Shown piece after piece: positions 29,743 to 39,905 of a DNA stretch of 64,000 nt. The notes beneath the pieces are model-generated. The model saw nothing but the letters and a program-made list of their open reading frames with translations, did not search any database and was not told the DNA's origin. This stretch comes from Candidatus Saccharimonadia bacterium (lineage in GTDB: Bacteria > Patescibacteriota > Saccharimonadia > UBA4664), in contig DATIIV010000020.1 in the NCBI GenBank assembly GCA_035479295.1, forward strand, positions 10,027 through 74,026, read 5' to 3'. The translations under genes and the position numbers were made by a program. How positions within the stretch are numbered: position 1 is the first letter of the stretch; each line of letters starts with the position of its first letter.

Positions 29743-30738
29743 ATGGATAAGCACGATCGCCGCACCATTATCCGCGTCTCGCTGGCCTCGCTCATTCTGA
29801 TGCTGGGCGGCACGGTTGGCTTTATGTTGACCGCTGGATTGGCCCCTGCCCAAGCCTTTTATGAGACAGTAATGATCCTGCTAACGCACTTTGACCACTA
29901 CAGTTTCCCCGATGGCGGCTCGCGCGTTTTGGTAATTGTGTTAATTCTGAGCTCGTATGCGTTGATTGCCTATTTGCTTAAGCTCTTTGCGGAAAGTATC
30001 ATGGGCTTAAGTGGTAATGTACGGAAACTTCGGGTGAAAGCTAAAGTTGATAAATTAAGCGAGCATTATATTGTGTGCGGCTTGGGGCGGGTAGGCTCGC
30101 AGGTGGCGCGCGAGATGCACCAAGAGGGAGTGTCGTTTGTGGCGCTCGATCGTGATGCGGCCAAAGTTGAAGAGGCGCTGGCCGCCGGCTATTTGGCGCT
30201 GCAGCTCGATAGTAGTCAAGAGGAGGCGCTGGTGGCGGCTGGCATTGAGCGCGCTAGTGGCTTGGTAGCCTGCCTTAGCGAAGACTCGCTGAACTTATTT
30301 GTGACGCTGGCGGCGCGGTCGCTCAACCCGCATCTGTACATTGTGGCTCGAGCCAATCAGCCGGCCAATGAGGTGAAGCTAAAGCGGGCTGGGGCCGACC
30401 GGGTGGCTATGCCGTATCGCATTGGCGGGTATCATATGGCATCGATGGCGCTGCGACCGAACGTGGTCGATTACATGGATATTGTGTCGGGTAAGGGCGG
30501 TACGGCCGATCTGGAGGTTGAGGAGATGGTGGTGGGGGAGCGGTCGCGGCTGGCGGGGCATCATCTGGGCAAGTCGCTGGCCGAGGGCGAGATTGGCGCC
30601 ACCGTGATCGCCATTAACGGCGTGGACGGGACGAGCCGGGTGCGGCCGACCGGCAAGGAGATGATTTATCCGGGCGACCGGCTGATTATTTTGGGCTCTA
30701 AACGTGATTTAACGGACGCTTCGGCGCTGATTCGATGA
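29743..30738 (+). CDS. 2-TM ion channel with RCK (TrkA-N/TrkA-C) domains, MthK/Kch-like architecture
   Basis: TM-pore helix-TM then HYIVCGLGRVG, IVARA, KLKRAGAD, TrkA-C. Confidence 0.85.
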   Translation: MDKHDRRTIIRVSLASLILMLGGTVGFMLTAGLAPAQAFYETVMILLTHFDHYSFPDGGSRVLVIVLILSSYALIAYLLKLFAESIMGLSGNVRKLRVKAKVDKLSEHYIVCGLGRVGSQVAREMHQEGVSFVALDRDAAKVEEALAAGYLALQLDSSQEEALVAAGIERASGLVACLSEDSLNLFVTLAARSLNPHLYIVARANQPANEVKLKRAGADRVAMPYRIGGYHMASMALRPNVVDYMDIVSGKGGTADLEVEEMVVGERSRLAGHHLGKSLAEGEIGATVIAINGVDGTSRVRPTGKEMIYPGDRLIILGSKRDLTDASALIR

Positions 30739-31628
30739 GGCATGAGCTAACCGTGCCCGCCGGAGCTGCTGCAGGGCGGCTCGATGTGTTTCTGGCCACC
30801 GCGCTGGGTGAGTCGCGCAGTGCGGTGCAGCGGTGGCTCAAGGCCGGCCAGGTGCAGGTGAATGGCGTGGTGGCGCGGGCCAGCTACGAGCCGGTGGGTG
30901 GCGACCAGATTGTGGTGGAGCCAGTGGTGGCCGTGGTGGAGTCGGTCGCCGCGCCCGAGCTGCCCATTGTGTATGAGGACGCCGACTTGCTGGTGATCGA
31001 CAAGCCGGCCGGTATCGCGGTGCACGGCGGTAATGGCCGCGCCGGTGAGTCCACTGTGGCCGAGGCGCTGCGCGGCCGCACCACCGATCCCGACCCAGAT
31101 CGGCCGGGCATCGTGCACCGGCTGGATCGCGACACCTCCGGCTTGCTGGTGGTGGCCAAGTCGGCCGCGGCCAAGGTCCAACTGCAAGAGCAGTGGCGCG
31201 AGCGGCGAGTGGCCAAGACCTACCTGGCGCTGGTGGTGGGGCGGCCGCAGCCGGCCGAGGCTGTTATTAATTTGCCGCTCGATCGCGATCCGGCTCACCC
31301 CACTCGGCGGCATGTTAGCCCCGGCGGCCGGCCGGCTACTACCCGCTATCGCACGCTGGCCGAGTATCCCGGCTATGCCTACGTGGAGGCTCGGCCCGAG
31401 ACCGGCCGGACGCACCAGCTGCGCGTGCACTTTGCCGCTATTGGCCATCCCATTGCTGGCGATACGGTTTATGGCCCGCCTAAGCGCCCCCTTGGCCTTA
31501 AGCGTCAGTTTCTTCATGCTACCGCTTTAAGCTTGGTGGCGCCAAGTGGACGCCGGCTGGAGCTGCACAGCCCATTACCGGCCGACTTGTCAACCGTTCT
31601 CAGCCAGCTGGAAGGTCCGTATAATTAA
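30735..31628 (+). CDS. rluD: RluA/RluD family pseudouridine synthase
   Basis: S4 domain, DKPAG, RPGIVHRLDRDTSG, TGRTHQLRVH. Confidence 0.9.
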   Translation: MRHELTVPAGAAAGRLDVFLATALGESRSAVQRWLKAGQVQVNGVVARASYEPVGGDQIVVEPVVAVVESVAAPELPIVYEDADLLVIDKPAGIAVHGGNGRAGESTVAEALRGRTTDPDPDRPGIVHRLDRDTSGLLVVAKSAAAKVQLQEQWRERRVAKTYLALVVGRPQPAEAVINLPLDRDPAHPTRRHVSPGGRPATTRYRTLAEYPGYAYVEARPETGRTHQLRVHFAAIGHPIAGDTVYGPPKRPLGLKRQFLHATALSLVAPSGRRLELHSPLPADLSTVLSQLEGPYN

Positions 31629-31632
31629 GTCT

Positions 31633-32520
31633 ATGAGACTCTTGCTGCATCATGTAACTGAGCGCCAGTTAGCCACCGCGACCGAGACGACGGCCGGTAG
31701 CTATGTCTTTCATGGCCCGCGCGGAGTGGGTAAGGCCACAGCGGCGCGGGAGCTGGCTCGTCGGCTTAACTGCCGGGGCGATGAAGGGGGCGACTGTGCT
31801 CATTGTCGGCAATTTGAGGCTGGTGCCTACCCAGATTTTATCTGGGTGCAGCCAGAGGGTCGTGCGAGTGTCACGATTGAGCAAGTTCGCCAGCTGGGCC
31901 ACAGCCTCACCATGACGCCGTATTATGCCGAGGGCAAGCGCTTAGTGGTGATCGATCGGGCCGAGGCCCTGACGGTGGAGGCGCAGAATGCCTTGCTCAA
32001 GTTAATTGAGGAGCCGCCGCCGCGCACTCATTTCGTACTGGTAGCCGAGCAGCTCGGCGCGCTGCTGCCCACCATGTGCTCGCGGCTGGTGCCAATCTAC
32101 TTTGCGCCGCTGCCGGCCGCCACCATTGCCGAGCTGCTCGAGAGCCAGGAGGGGCTGCGGCCGGTGGAGGCCACGCGGCTAGCCGCGCTGGCGGCTGGTG
32201 CGCCCGGTCAGGCGCGCCGGCTGGCCACCGATCCGGCCGCCGCCGCTGTTCTGTCGCAGCTCGACGAGGCCGCCGTTATGGCCCTGTCGGCCAGCCTATT
32301 CGACCGCTTAGTTTTAGCCAGGCGCCTAGCCGACGCCAAAGCGGAGCTGCCGCTATTGGCCGGCCGCCTGCAGCAGTCCGTGCTGGGTGGCCTGCGCCAG
32401 GGTAGCGAGCTCCCGGCCCTGGCGGCTAGCCGCTTGGGCGCGCTGGAGCGATTCCGCCGTGGCCTTACCGCTAACGTCGGCGCTCGCGTAGCGCTTGAGC
32501 GGTTAATGCTGGAATTATAG
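31633..32520 (+). CDS. holB: DNA polymerase III delta' subunit
   Basis: GPRGVGK, C..C..C Zn module, AQNALLKLIEEPP, LLPTMCSR. Confidence 0.85.
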   Translation: MRLLLHHVTERQLATATETTAGSYVFHGPRGVGKATAARELARRLNCRGDEGGDCAHCRQFEAGAYPDFIWVQPEGRASVTIEQVRQLGHSLTMTPYYAEGKRLVVIDRAEALTVEAQNALLKLIEEPPPRTHFVLVAEQLGALLPTMCSRLVPIYFAPLPAATIAELLESQEGLRPVEATRLAALAAGAPGQARRLATDPAAAAVLSQLDEAAVMALSASLFDRLVLARRLADAKAELPLLAGRLQQSVLGGLRQGSELPALAASRLGALERFRRGLTANVGARVALERLMLEL

Positions 32521-32522
32521 CC

Positions 32523-33143
32523 GTGCTAGAGATTCTCATTCTTATCGCGGCGGCCGTCATTTTTCGGCGGCAGCTGCTGGCCTATGGTGCTTCTGCTGCG
32601 CCTCCCTCGGCTGCAGCCGCGCTGGCGCCGCGCCGCCTCTCGCCGCAGTTGGTTCAGTTAGTCGATTACGCCGATCGTCTCTACGCCGAAAAGAAGTGGC
32701 TGGCGGCCGAAAAAGCCTACCTCAATGTGCTAAAACTCGACCACAAGCACGTTACCGCCTACAGCCACCTTGGTATCATCTACTCGACTCAGAAGAATCT
32801 GGCCGACGCCATCGAATGTTTCCAGATTGCTGTGCGCTTGCGGCCTAGTGCCAGCACGCATCAAAATTTGGGCTTGGCCTACTATGAGAATCGCAATTAT
32901 ATGAAGGCCATCGCTACGTTCGAGAAGGCGATTATGTTTGAGCCCTCAGCGGCCCGCTACCTCACGCTCAGTAAGGCCTATCGCAAGATCAATGACACCG
33001 CTCATGCACTCACGGCGCTCGAGCGGGCTGCCGAGCTCGATTCGTCACCCCGCGTGCTCGAGCAGTTAATCGAGGGCTATCGCGGGACGGGTCGTTCAGC
33101 CGAGGCCGAAGCGGTCCAGCGGCGGCTGACGCCGACACCTTGA
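32523..33143 (+). CDS. membrane-anchored TPR protein
   Basis: N-terminal TM, repeated AY..LG/NLG TPR patterns. Confidence 0.8.
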   Translation: MLEILILIAAAVIFRRQLLAYGASAAPPSAAAALAPRRLSPQLVQLVDYADRLYAEKKWLAAEKAYLNVLKLDHKHVTAYSHLGIIYSTQKNLADAIECFQIAVRLRPSASTHQNLGLAYYENRNYMKAIATFEKAIMFEPSAARYLTLSKAYRKINDTAHALTALERAAELDSSPRVLEQLIEGYRGTGRSAEAEAVQRRLTPTP

Positions 33144-33211
33144 TTGCGGCGGCCGAACTTGCTAAGATGACCGGGCAAACGGCGCCGCCCGAGCGGCCGC
33201 CAGCCCACTGT

Positions 33212-33286
33212 GCCGACGTAGCTCAATGGTAGAGCAACGGTTTTGTAAACCGTTGGTTGGGGGTTCAATTCCTCTCGTCGGCTCCA
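33212..33286 (+). tRNA. tRNA-Thr(UGU)
   Basis: Cloverleaf, anticodon loop TTTGTAA, GGTTCAATTCC, encoded CCA. Confidence 0.95.
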
Positions 33287-33335
33287 GAATTTATTTACTC
33301 ACACCGATCTCTTTGTTTTTGGTATAGTTAAACGT

Positions 33336-34088
33336 ATGAAGAATATTCTTATCACTGGCGTATCCAAAGGTATTGGCCGTACGCTGGCTCATCATTTTCA
33401 CGGCCTTGGTTATACTATTTTTGGTGGCTATAAATGGTCTGATGCGTATAAAGAAGAACAAGCCTTAGCAGAAAGCCTAAAAGCCGAGTTGCCAAACCTA
33501 ACGCTCCTACCCTTTGACCTGGCTGACAGAGAACTGCTAGACCAACTGATTCGGCGCATGAAGGGCGTTCAGCTTGCTGCCATAGTGAATAACGCTGGAG
33601 AGTTTATCCCGAATAATTTTGCTCAGTTTAGCCCCGATACCTGGGATCGGAGCATCGCTGTCAATATGACCGCCCCGCTTTTGCTTGTTTTTGGGCTTCG
33701 CGATAATCTAACAAGCAACGCGAGCATCGTTAATATCGCCAGCACTGACGCATATTACGCTGCGTACGACGATATCGGTTATGCTGCAAGCAAAGCAGGA
33801 CTTATTAGTGTCACCAAAAGCTTGGCGGCCGCGCTTGCAAGCCGGAACATTCGCGTTAATGCCATCGCGCCAGGCTGGGTAGATACCGAGATGGCGGAAA
33901 ATGCGGCTGTTAACGAGTTTGCGCACTTTCAAACTCCCTTAGGTAGAAATGCAACGACACAAGAGATAGCCGGTGTAGTCGAATTTCTCGTCTCCTCCAA
34001 GTCATCTTTCATTAACGCTGCGGTCATTAATGCAGATGGCGGCTATTCGAGCGTCGACTACGTGGTAAAAAAAGAGGCAGAAGGTTAG
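33336..34088 (+). CDS. SDR family oxidoreductase
   Basis: TGVSKGIG, NNAG, YAASK, VNAIAPG, DGG; more AT-rich than its flanks. Confidence 0.92.
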   Translation: MKNILITGVSKGIGRTLAHHFHGLGYTIFGGYKWSDAYKEEQALAESLKAELPNLTLLPFDLADRELLDQLIRRMKGVQLAAIVNNAGEFIPNNFAQFSPDTWDRSIAVNMTAPLLLVFGLRDNLTSNASIVNIASTDAYYAAYDDIGYAASKAGLISVTKSLAAALASRNIRVNAIAPGWVDTEMAENAAVNEFAHFQTPLGRNATTQEIAGVVEFLVSSKSSFINAAVINADGGYSSVDYVVKKEAEG

Positions 34089-34142
34089 GCAAATTGCTGC
34101 CGGTTTTGTGGTAGCGGCCGTATTTCGAGCTATAATGATTCC

Positions 34143-35135
34143 ATGACGATCTTTGCCTCGGCCGAGGCCTTTCAAGCTAAATTCCGCGCTGGCCTAGCCG
34201 CTACCTTGGCTCTTCCCGACGTGACGCCCGGCCAGCTGGTGCTGGTGCTGGCCAACGCCATCATGCTGGGCGACGAGCACCTGGTTGAGCAGGTGCGACT
34301 CCTGGCCGAGCCATGGCTAGCCAAGATTCCGGAGACGATGCCGGAATCGGCCGTCGTCGAAGATGTGCAGGTGCTGCGGCTGGCGCTACTGGCTGGTGAT
34401 CCCTTGGCTCTATCGCAGCGTCGTACGACGGCCGCCGGCTGGCAGATTCAGCTCAATCGGCTGCGGGGATTTCGGCCACATCGCGCCGCCGGCAGCCGCG
34501 CCACCACGCTGCATCGACCGTTCGACTCGGCCGGCTTCTCGTTTGAGCGCGTGCCGCATGAGGCCTACGCTCATGTTGATTTTTGTGGCCAGTCCGTCGC
34601 CTTATTCTTTAATAAATACCCGTTTGAGCCCTACCATACCGTAGTGGTGCCGGATGTGGCTGGTCGCCATCCGCAGATTCTGCGTCAGTCAGACCATGAA
34701 CTAGCCTGGGAGCTGCAGACTGCTCTGGCGCCGATCCTGCCCAACGTGGCCACGGGCTACAATGCCCTGGGCACCTTTGCCTCGGTCAACCATCTGCATT
34801 TTCAGACCGTTATCAGCGATCAAAATCTGCCGCTGATGCATCTACCGGAGCTCTCAGCCTACCCGATCTCCGTCCGTCAGTACCACACTAGTGCCGCCGC
34901 CTGGCACCAGATTGATGAGCTACAGCAGGCCAACCAGCCGTTTAACCTGGTGTACGCGCCCGGCCGTGTCATTGTTATCCCGCGCCGATTCCAGGGCAGC
35001 TACGAGCAGGCCGATTGGGTGAGCGGCTTTGCCTGGTACGAGCTGGCCGGTAGCTTTATCGTCTCAGACGAGGCCCAGTATCACCGGCTCACCGATGCCG
35101 CCATTCTGACCCAGCTCCGGGCGGCGACTGGTTAG
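34143..35135 (+). CDS. HIT-superfamily nucleotide-sugar phosphorylase (GDPGP1/VTC2-like)
   Basis: NKYPF and GYNALGTFASVNHLHFQ motifs. Confidence 0.7.
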   Translation: MTIFASAEAFQAKFRAGLAATLALPDVTPGQLVLVLANAIMLGDEHLVEQVRLLAEPWLAKIPETMPESAVVEDVQVLRLALLAGDPLALSQRRTTAAGWQIQLNRLRGFRPHRAAGSRATTLHRPFDSAGFSFERVPHEAYAHVDFCGQSVALFFNKYPFEPYHTVVVPDVAGRHPQILRQSDHELAWELQTALAPILPNVATGYNALGTFASVNHLHFQTVISDQNLPLMHLPELSAYPISVRQYHTSAAAWHQIDELQQANQPFNLVYAPGRVIVIPRRFQGSYEQADWVSGFAWYELAGSFIVSDEAQYHRLTDAAILTQLRAATG

Positions 35136-35179
35136 GTCTTGCCTTGCCGGCCCTCTAACGGTACAATAATCAAGTTCAA

Positions 35180-35265
35180 GCCGGGTTACTCAAGTGGCCA
35201 ACGAGGGCTGACTGTAAATCAGCTGGCATTAGCCTTCGGGAGTTCGAATCTCTCACCCGGCACCA
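35180..35265 (+). tRNA. tRNA-Tyr(GUA)
   Basis: Anticodon loop CTGTAAA, long variable arm, GTTCGAATC, CCA. Confidence 0.95.
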
Positions 35266-35388
35266 GGAATTATTTTTGCTTAGTCAAAGTAAAATGGCGC
35301 CACACGTTATGTATGGGTTAGCTCAATGGTTGCTAATACTTACTTCTTATGCTTATCTTAAAGAAGTAGGAGCTAATGTTAACCCAAT

Positions 35389-36531
35389 ATGAGTATCTCA
35401 AATAGTGCCGCCTCAACTCTAACCAATCTGCCGTCGCCTACCGAAGCGCGACTGCCGGCGGGCATGAGTGTCCTCGATGTAATTATCTTTGCTGCCGCCC
35501 TCGCCTCTGATCCGCGCGCCATCGATGCTTCGCTCAATAAAGTTCGCGCTATCACGGCCAGTTCTAGCGCCGGTGATCTGAGCGACCAAGATCGGCGGAC
35601 GCTTGATAGCGTATACAACGACCTAGAGACGTACCTGGCGGAAAAGGAGCCATTGCGCGCTCTCACCAGACAGTCCATTCGCCAGCGAATTTATGATTAT
35701 ACCCAAAAGCGGCCATCGCAGAGTCTGCGCCGGCCCCTAATGATTATTTGGGCGGCCATCATTGTGATGACGGCGCTGCCAATTATATTGCCGCTTCCGG
35801 CGGGTACGACCGCGGCTCGGCCAGTGATTGCCGTGGTGCTATTTCTGACGACGATTAATGCTGGCGCGGCCTGGCTGTTCTGGTCGGCGCGCAAGAACTT
35901 TCGCGATGAGCTTAGGCAAGTCTATGTACCGATCTCGCTCGGCATTGTTCTGTTGGGTACGAGTTTATTTCAGGTGCCGGTGATGATTATTCTTGGCAGT
36001 CCCACCGTCTTGTTGTGGTTTCGTTACGTCACCGCGAGCATCCCGGTCCTTATCGTGGTTACGCTCATTTATGTTGGTATCTGCCGATTCGTCAAATTTA
36101 GCAATCTCACCAGCCGACTTACCAAGCTCAATGTTCTCGTTCTCAGCGCGCTAGTGCTTGTGTTGCTTGCCGCGTTCCTGCCCCATGTGGCCTCAACCGC
36201 TCCCTTATGGATGCATCTGGTTTCGCTCCTCATCCTGGTAAGCGGTACCGTAATAGCCGGCTTTACTGTGGTATTGATTAGTCGGATGCGGTCGCGTTTG
36301 AGTCTCGTGTATTGGCGGCCGCTAGGCTGGCTCATGAGCGCCGTGGTGCTTTTAGGCATCAACTTTGTGCAGTTCATTATTATTCAGCTGGCTCTGCCGC
36401 CCACTAGTTTTTATGCGAGCCGGGGCTTCTCGGCGCTACCACTCCTCATTACCGGCTTTCTCATGCTTAAGGCTGGAGCGGCGTTTAAGCGCTTCGATGT
36501 TCCAATTACAAAGACAAGGCTGAATGGCTGA
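35389..36531 (+). CDS. polytopic membrane protein with N-terminal soluble domain
   Basis: ~115-aa soluble region then ~8 TM; AGGAG upstream. Confidence 0.75.
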   Translation: MSISNSAASTLTNLPSPTEARLPAGMSVLDVIIFAAALASDPRAIDASLNKVRAITASSSAGDLSDQDRRTLDSVYNDLETYLAEKEPLRALTRQSIRQRIYDYTQKRPSQSLRRPLMIIWAAIIVMTALPIILPLPAGTTAARPVIAVVLFLTTINAGAAWLFWSARKNFRDELRQVYVPISLGIVLLGTSLFQVPVMIILGSPTVLLWFRYVTASIPVLIVVTLIYVGICRFVKFSNLTSRLTKLNVLVLSALVLVLLAAFLPHVASTAPLWMHLVSLLILVSGTVIAGFTVVLISRMRSRLSLVYWRPLGWLMSAVVLLGINFVQFIIIQLALPPTSFYASRGFSALPLLITGFLMLKAGAAFKRFDVPITKTRLNG

Positions 36532-36579
36532 TCCTGCCACTAAGCAAATAATACAGCTTAAAAAGCCCCACAAATAGTT

Positions 36580-36616
36580 AAGGAGCCGGATCGACCATCG
36601 CGCGATCCGGCTCCTT
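36580..36616. terminator. hairpin between convergent genes
   Basis: AAGGAGCCGGATCG/CGATCCGGCTCCTT. Confidence 0.6.
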
Positions 36617-36631
36617 GATTTCTGCGGCTAG

Positions 36632-37111
36632 TTAGTCTCGCGGTTGCCGCCGCCGCTGCTCGCTGGGGCTAAAGTCCCAGCACATAGCAGCCGCATACAG
36701 CGGAGACTCGAATACGAGCAACATGAGCACCAGCCGGGCCAAAGAACTGTAGGTGTTAAGCTCCTGCGGGTAGGCGGTGAGCCAGAGCCATCCCACCACA
36801 AAGATAAGAAGGCTAAGCGTCCATACCACCGACGCTATCCCGCGCCATGGGTAGGGCCAGGTTGCGATCAGGTGCCAGATCAGGGCGCCATGCAGGGCCA
36901 GCAAGACCATAGCGCTTATGGCTAGGCCGGCTAGCGGGTAGCCTTGGAAATGCGCTAGCACGGGCTCATGTTGAGTGAGGGCTGGCATATTGTCCAACAC
37001 AATGCAACATAGCGAGCTGGCTGCGGCTCCTAGGGCCCACAGCACAAGATATTTGCAGACTCTCCCCCAGAATCGGTCTGATTCCGAGCTTTGCTTGGCT
37101 TCATCGTACAT
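36632..37111 (-). CDS. hypothetical membrane protein (~4 TM)
   Basis: Hydrophobic segments. Confidence 0.6.
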   Translation of the reverse strand: MYDEAKQSSESDRFWGRVCKYLVLWALGAAASSLCCIVLDNMPALTQHEPVLAHFQGYPLAGLAISAMVLLALHGALIWHLIATWPYPWRGIASVVWTLSLLIFVVGWLWLTAYPQELNTYSSLARLVLMLLVFESPLYAAAMCWDFSPSEQRRRQPRD

Positions 37112-37505
37112 ACCTGCGCCTCTCTCGGCTCATAATCATAAAAGCACCCACCCCAACAGTAGATGCTTCTATGATCTTTAAGGCAAGCGAGTGGTTAGTA
37201 TTGGTCTCGGCCCGTGCTGCCAGTTGCAAATGGAGCGGCCGGCCACTGTCTTCCACTGAGCTAGGTTCTTCTCCGAGCTCCGACGCCACATACCCAGGGC
37301 GCCGAACCTTGCGAGATATACCAAAGCCCGAAGACTAGGTTACTGAAATAGCCGTGAGCGTAACTCGGCAGAATATCCAAAAAAACGGGCTATCTGGAGA
37401 GTATTTTTTGGCCAGGCCCAAGCAACATGACGTTAGCGCGTCTAAAAGTCACCCAGCGCCTTGTCCAAGCTGCGCTTTTATGCTATTGTTTTATGGTTAG
37501 ATTTT

Positions 37506-37580
<75 letters not shown>

Positions 37581-37599
37581 GAAGAAAGAAATTATCAAG

Positions 37600-37794
37600 A
37601 TGAAACGGCTCGTACGCAAAACCAGCGAAAAGAAGCTCACCGGACTTTGCGCTGGTATCGCTGACTATCTTGAGGTCGATGTAGCCGTGGTGCGGCTTGT
37701 CGTTCTAACGATCGTCATCATGTCTGGCCCCACCGGCCTATTGTTGTACTGTGTCGCTTCAGTCATTACGCCAAAAGAAGGAGAGATTACCTAA
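37600..37794 (+). CDS. pspC: PspC domain protein
   Basis: [22 protein letters not shown]-x-E. Confidence 0.85.
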   Translation: MKRLVRKTSEKKLTGLCAGIADYLEVDVAVVRLVVLTIVIMSGPTGLLLYCVASVITPKEGEIT

Positions 37795-37955
37795 TGCCAA
37801 AGCGCAACCGCCCATTCGTGGCTCTGGAGTGCACTAGCTGCAAGAACCGCAACTACACCACCTCCAAGAACCCCAAGAACACCACCGACCGCCTCGTGCT
37901 CAACAAGTACTGCAAGCACGAGAAGAAGGTCCTGTCGCACAAAGAGACCAAGTAG
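37794..37955 (+). CDS. rpmG: 50S ribosomal protein L33 (below ORF-track cutoff)
   Basis: Manual translation [53 protein letters not shown]. Confidence 0.95.
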   Translation: MPKRNRPFVALECTSCKNRNYTTSKNPKNTTDRLVLNKYCKHEKKVLSHKETK

Positions 37956-38064
37956 TCTCGGCGTCGCGCTGTGTCTGAACGAAAAGCGGCCTTCGGGTCG
38001 TTTTTCGGTATCAGGCTCGACGATTCGCCGGTCATTCAGTATAATAAGCCAGTTATCGCACCGT

Positions 38065-38140
38065 AGGGGAGTAGCTCAGCTGGCAGAGCACCGGTCTCCA
38101 AAACCGGGTGTCGCAGGTTCGATCCCTGTCTCCCCTGCCA
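38065..38140 (+). tRNA. tRNA-Trp(CCA)
   Basis: Anticodon loop CTCCAAA, GGTTCGATCCC, CCA. Confidence 0.95.
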
Positions 38141-38226
38141 TGAATTTATAGTTTTGTCAAGTTGCGTCTTTGGCCGCGATTTTGTTTTTGCTAGCATAAC
38201 TTCTCGCTTGTGACATAATTGATCAC

Positions 38227-38820
38227 ATGCAAGAGCCCACTCTCGAAGAGATCGAATATCTGATGACGAAATTAGCAATTCCCGTTTTATCGAATCGAGC
38301 GAATTTCATTCCCGCCGGGCGAGCCGCGTCGGTGCGAGAATGATGCCGAACACTCATGGAGCCTAGCCTTTCTGGCATGCAGCTTGGCTCCTGAGAGAGA
38401 CAAGAACTTAGATACCGGCAAAATAGCTTAATTTGCGGTCGTCCCTGACTTGGTGGAAGTCTTCGCCGGTGATACCGCACCCTGGCGGGACGAGCAAATG
38501 CTTAACTCGAAAGAGCAGCGTGAGGCAGAATCGCTGGAGCTTATTAAGGCGCTTTCCATGGATTGCTCAAACCATTGGTGAATACGAATCGCGCGGTAGC
38601 AATAAAGCAAAATTCGTGTGGGCCGTAGGCAAGATTCTTCCACTCCTGACGCGTAAGCTTGAACAGGGGCGCTATTACATTGAGAATGGCATTACCAAAC
38701 AACGCTTTGACGATAGCCTAGTCGATCATAGACGGAAAGCCCATGCTCATCCAAAAATTAGTAGCTACTATGAACAGCTGCGGGAAATTTTCGAAACCCA
38801 TCAAGAACGACTCCTAGAGA
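38227..38820 (+). pseudogene. degraded HD-domain phosphohydrolase (HDDC2/YfbR-like)
   Basis: Across frames: ENDAEHSWSLA...LDTGKIA*FAVVPDLVEVFAGDT...KEQREAESL...EYESRGSNKAKFVWAVGKILP; stop at 38429 and frameshifts. Confidence 0.7.
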
Positions 38821-38828
38821 GGCTTGTG

Positions 38829-39905
38829 ATGACAAAACCAAAAGTCGCAGTCATCGTTGATGGCCCGGACCCCGACAATTACGTCTGCATTTTGGCCGCG
38901 CTCAGCTCGCTGATGTGCTACGAAGTTGTGGCCGTCATCATGACCGGACGCCCGGTATCAGCGAGCGCGGGCGCGCTGCCTTATGTACTCAATCCGTATG
39001 CCAGCAGGGCGGTGCGGCGGGATAACGCTTTGCACGCGAAGGGCATCCTCATGCGGCACGGCGGCGAACGGATCCTCGTGTTTGAGGGCGGCAGAGCGCC
39101 ATTCTCGACGATTCCACACGACAAGCACATCCACGAGCGAGTTACGGATGTGTACGACGACGCACACGCCGGCCACATGCCGGCCGGCGACATCGACGAC
39201 GCCGTGAGTTTCCTCGCGGGGCTGGACGGACCGATTCACGTGATCTGCGGTGGCCCGATGACGGATCTGGCGTACTTGATGCGCCAGCCGATGCTGGAAG
39301 GCAAGCTGGGGATCGTCACGGCGCAACTGGGGATGTTTAACCTCGGGACCGTGAAGACGATCGCGGGCGGGCGGCGACAGTTCAATGTCCTGGCTGATGT
39401 CGGTGCAGCCTACGATGTGCTGACGCACCTTTCTAGCCCGTTCTACCTGGTCCCGACCGACATCACCAAGCACGATGATCACGCGTTCCATAGCGTTGAT
39501 GAGTTGGGTATCCTGTCCCGGTCGAAGGCCTTCGACGAAGTGACGATGATGTACGACCTGGCTTGGCCGCATATGTGGGGTAAGCTGGGAATCCCGGCTC
39601 ACGTTCACGACTTCCACCCGGCCGAGCTGATGGACCTGCTGCTGCGCGAAGACCCGATGCATCACGTCCGACCCTCGCAGGTAGGGCGTGATGTGATCGG
39701 TAGGTACAGCATTTCACCGGTCGGGATCAAGCATGTGCCTCATCTCTTGTTCGAGAAGCACCGCTGGGGCGAAATCGATCTTGGCCTCGCCAACCCGCAA
39801 CTGCCGTCCCGGTTTCTCGTAGACGGCTGCGACACAAGCGGCCACCGCCGAATTCTGGCGGCCACGCTCAACGCCGTAGGCAGTTCTCAGCTTCAGATGA
39901 CATAA
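38829..39905 (+). CDS. nucleoside hydrolase family protein (divergent)
   Basis: VIVDGPDPDN, GGPMTDLA, QFNVLAD..AA, VPTDIT, VHD; start at MTKPK. Confidence 0.75.
   Translation: MTKPKVAVIVDGPDPDNYVCILAALSSLMCYEVVAVIMTGRPVSASAGALPYVLNPYASRAVRRDNALHAKGILMRHGGERILVFEGGRAPFSTIPHDKHIHERVTDVYDDAHAGHMPAGDIDDAVSFLAGLDGPIHVICGGPMTDLAYLMRQPMLEGKLGIVTAQLGMFNLGTVKTIAGGRRQFNVLADVGAAYDVLTHLSSPFYLVPTDITKHDDHAFHSVDELGILSRSKAFDEVTMMYDLAWPHMWGKLGIPAHVHDFHPAELMDLLLREDPMHHVRPSQVGRDVIGRYSISPVGIKHVPHLLFEKHRWGEIDLGLANPQLPSRFLVDGCDTSGHRRILAATLNAVGSSQLQMT

Noticed and set aside
37112-37500. Gap before tRNA-Thr(GGU) as a missing tRNA-Gly or ncRNA
   Set aside because: No cloverleaf or convincing stems seen
38433-39905. 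490-aa ORF as one intact protein
   Set aside because: The first ~130 codons are partly out-of-frame sequence and partly the tail of an HD pseudogene; the hydrolase domain starts at 38829
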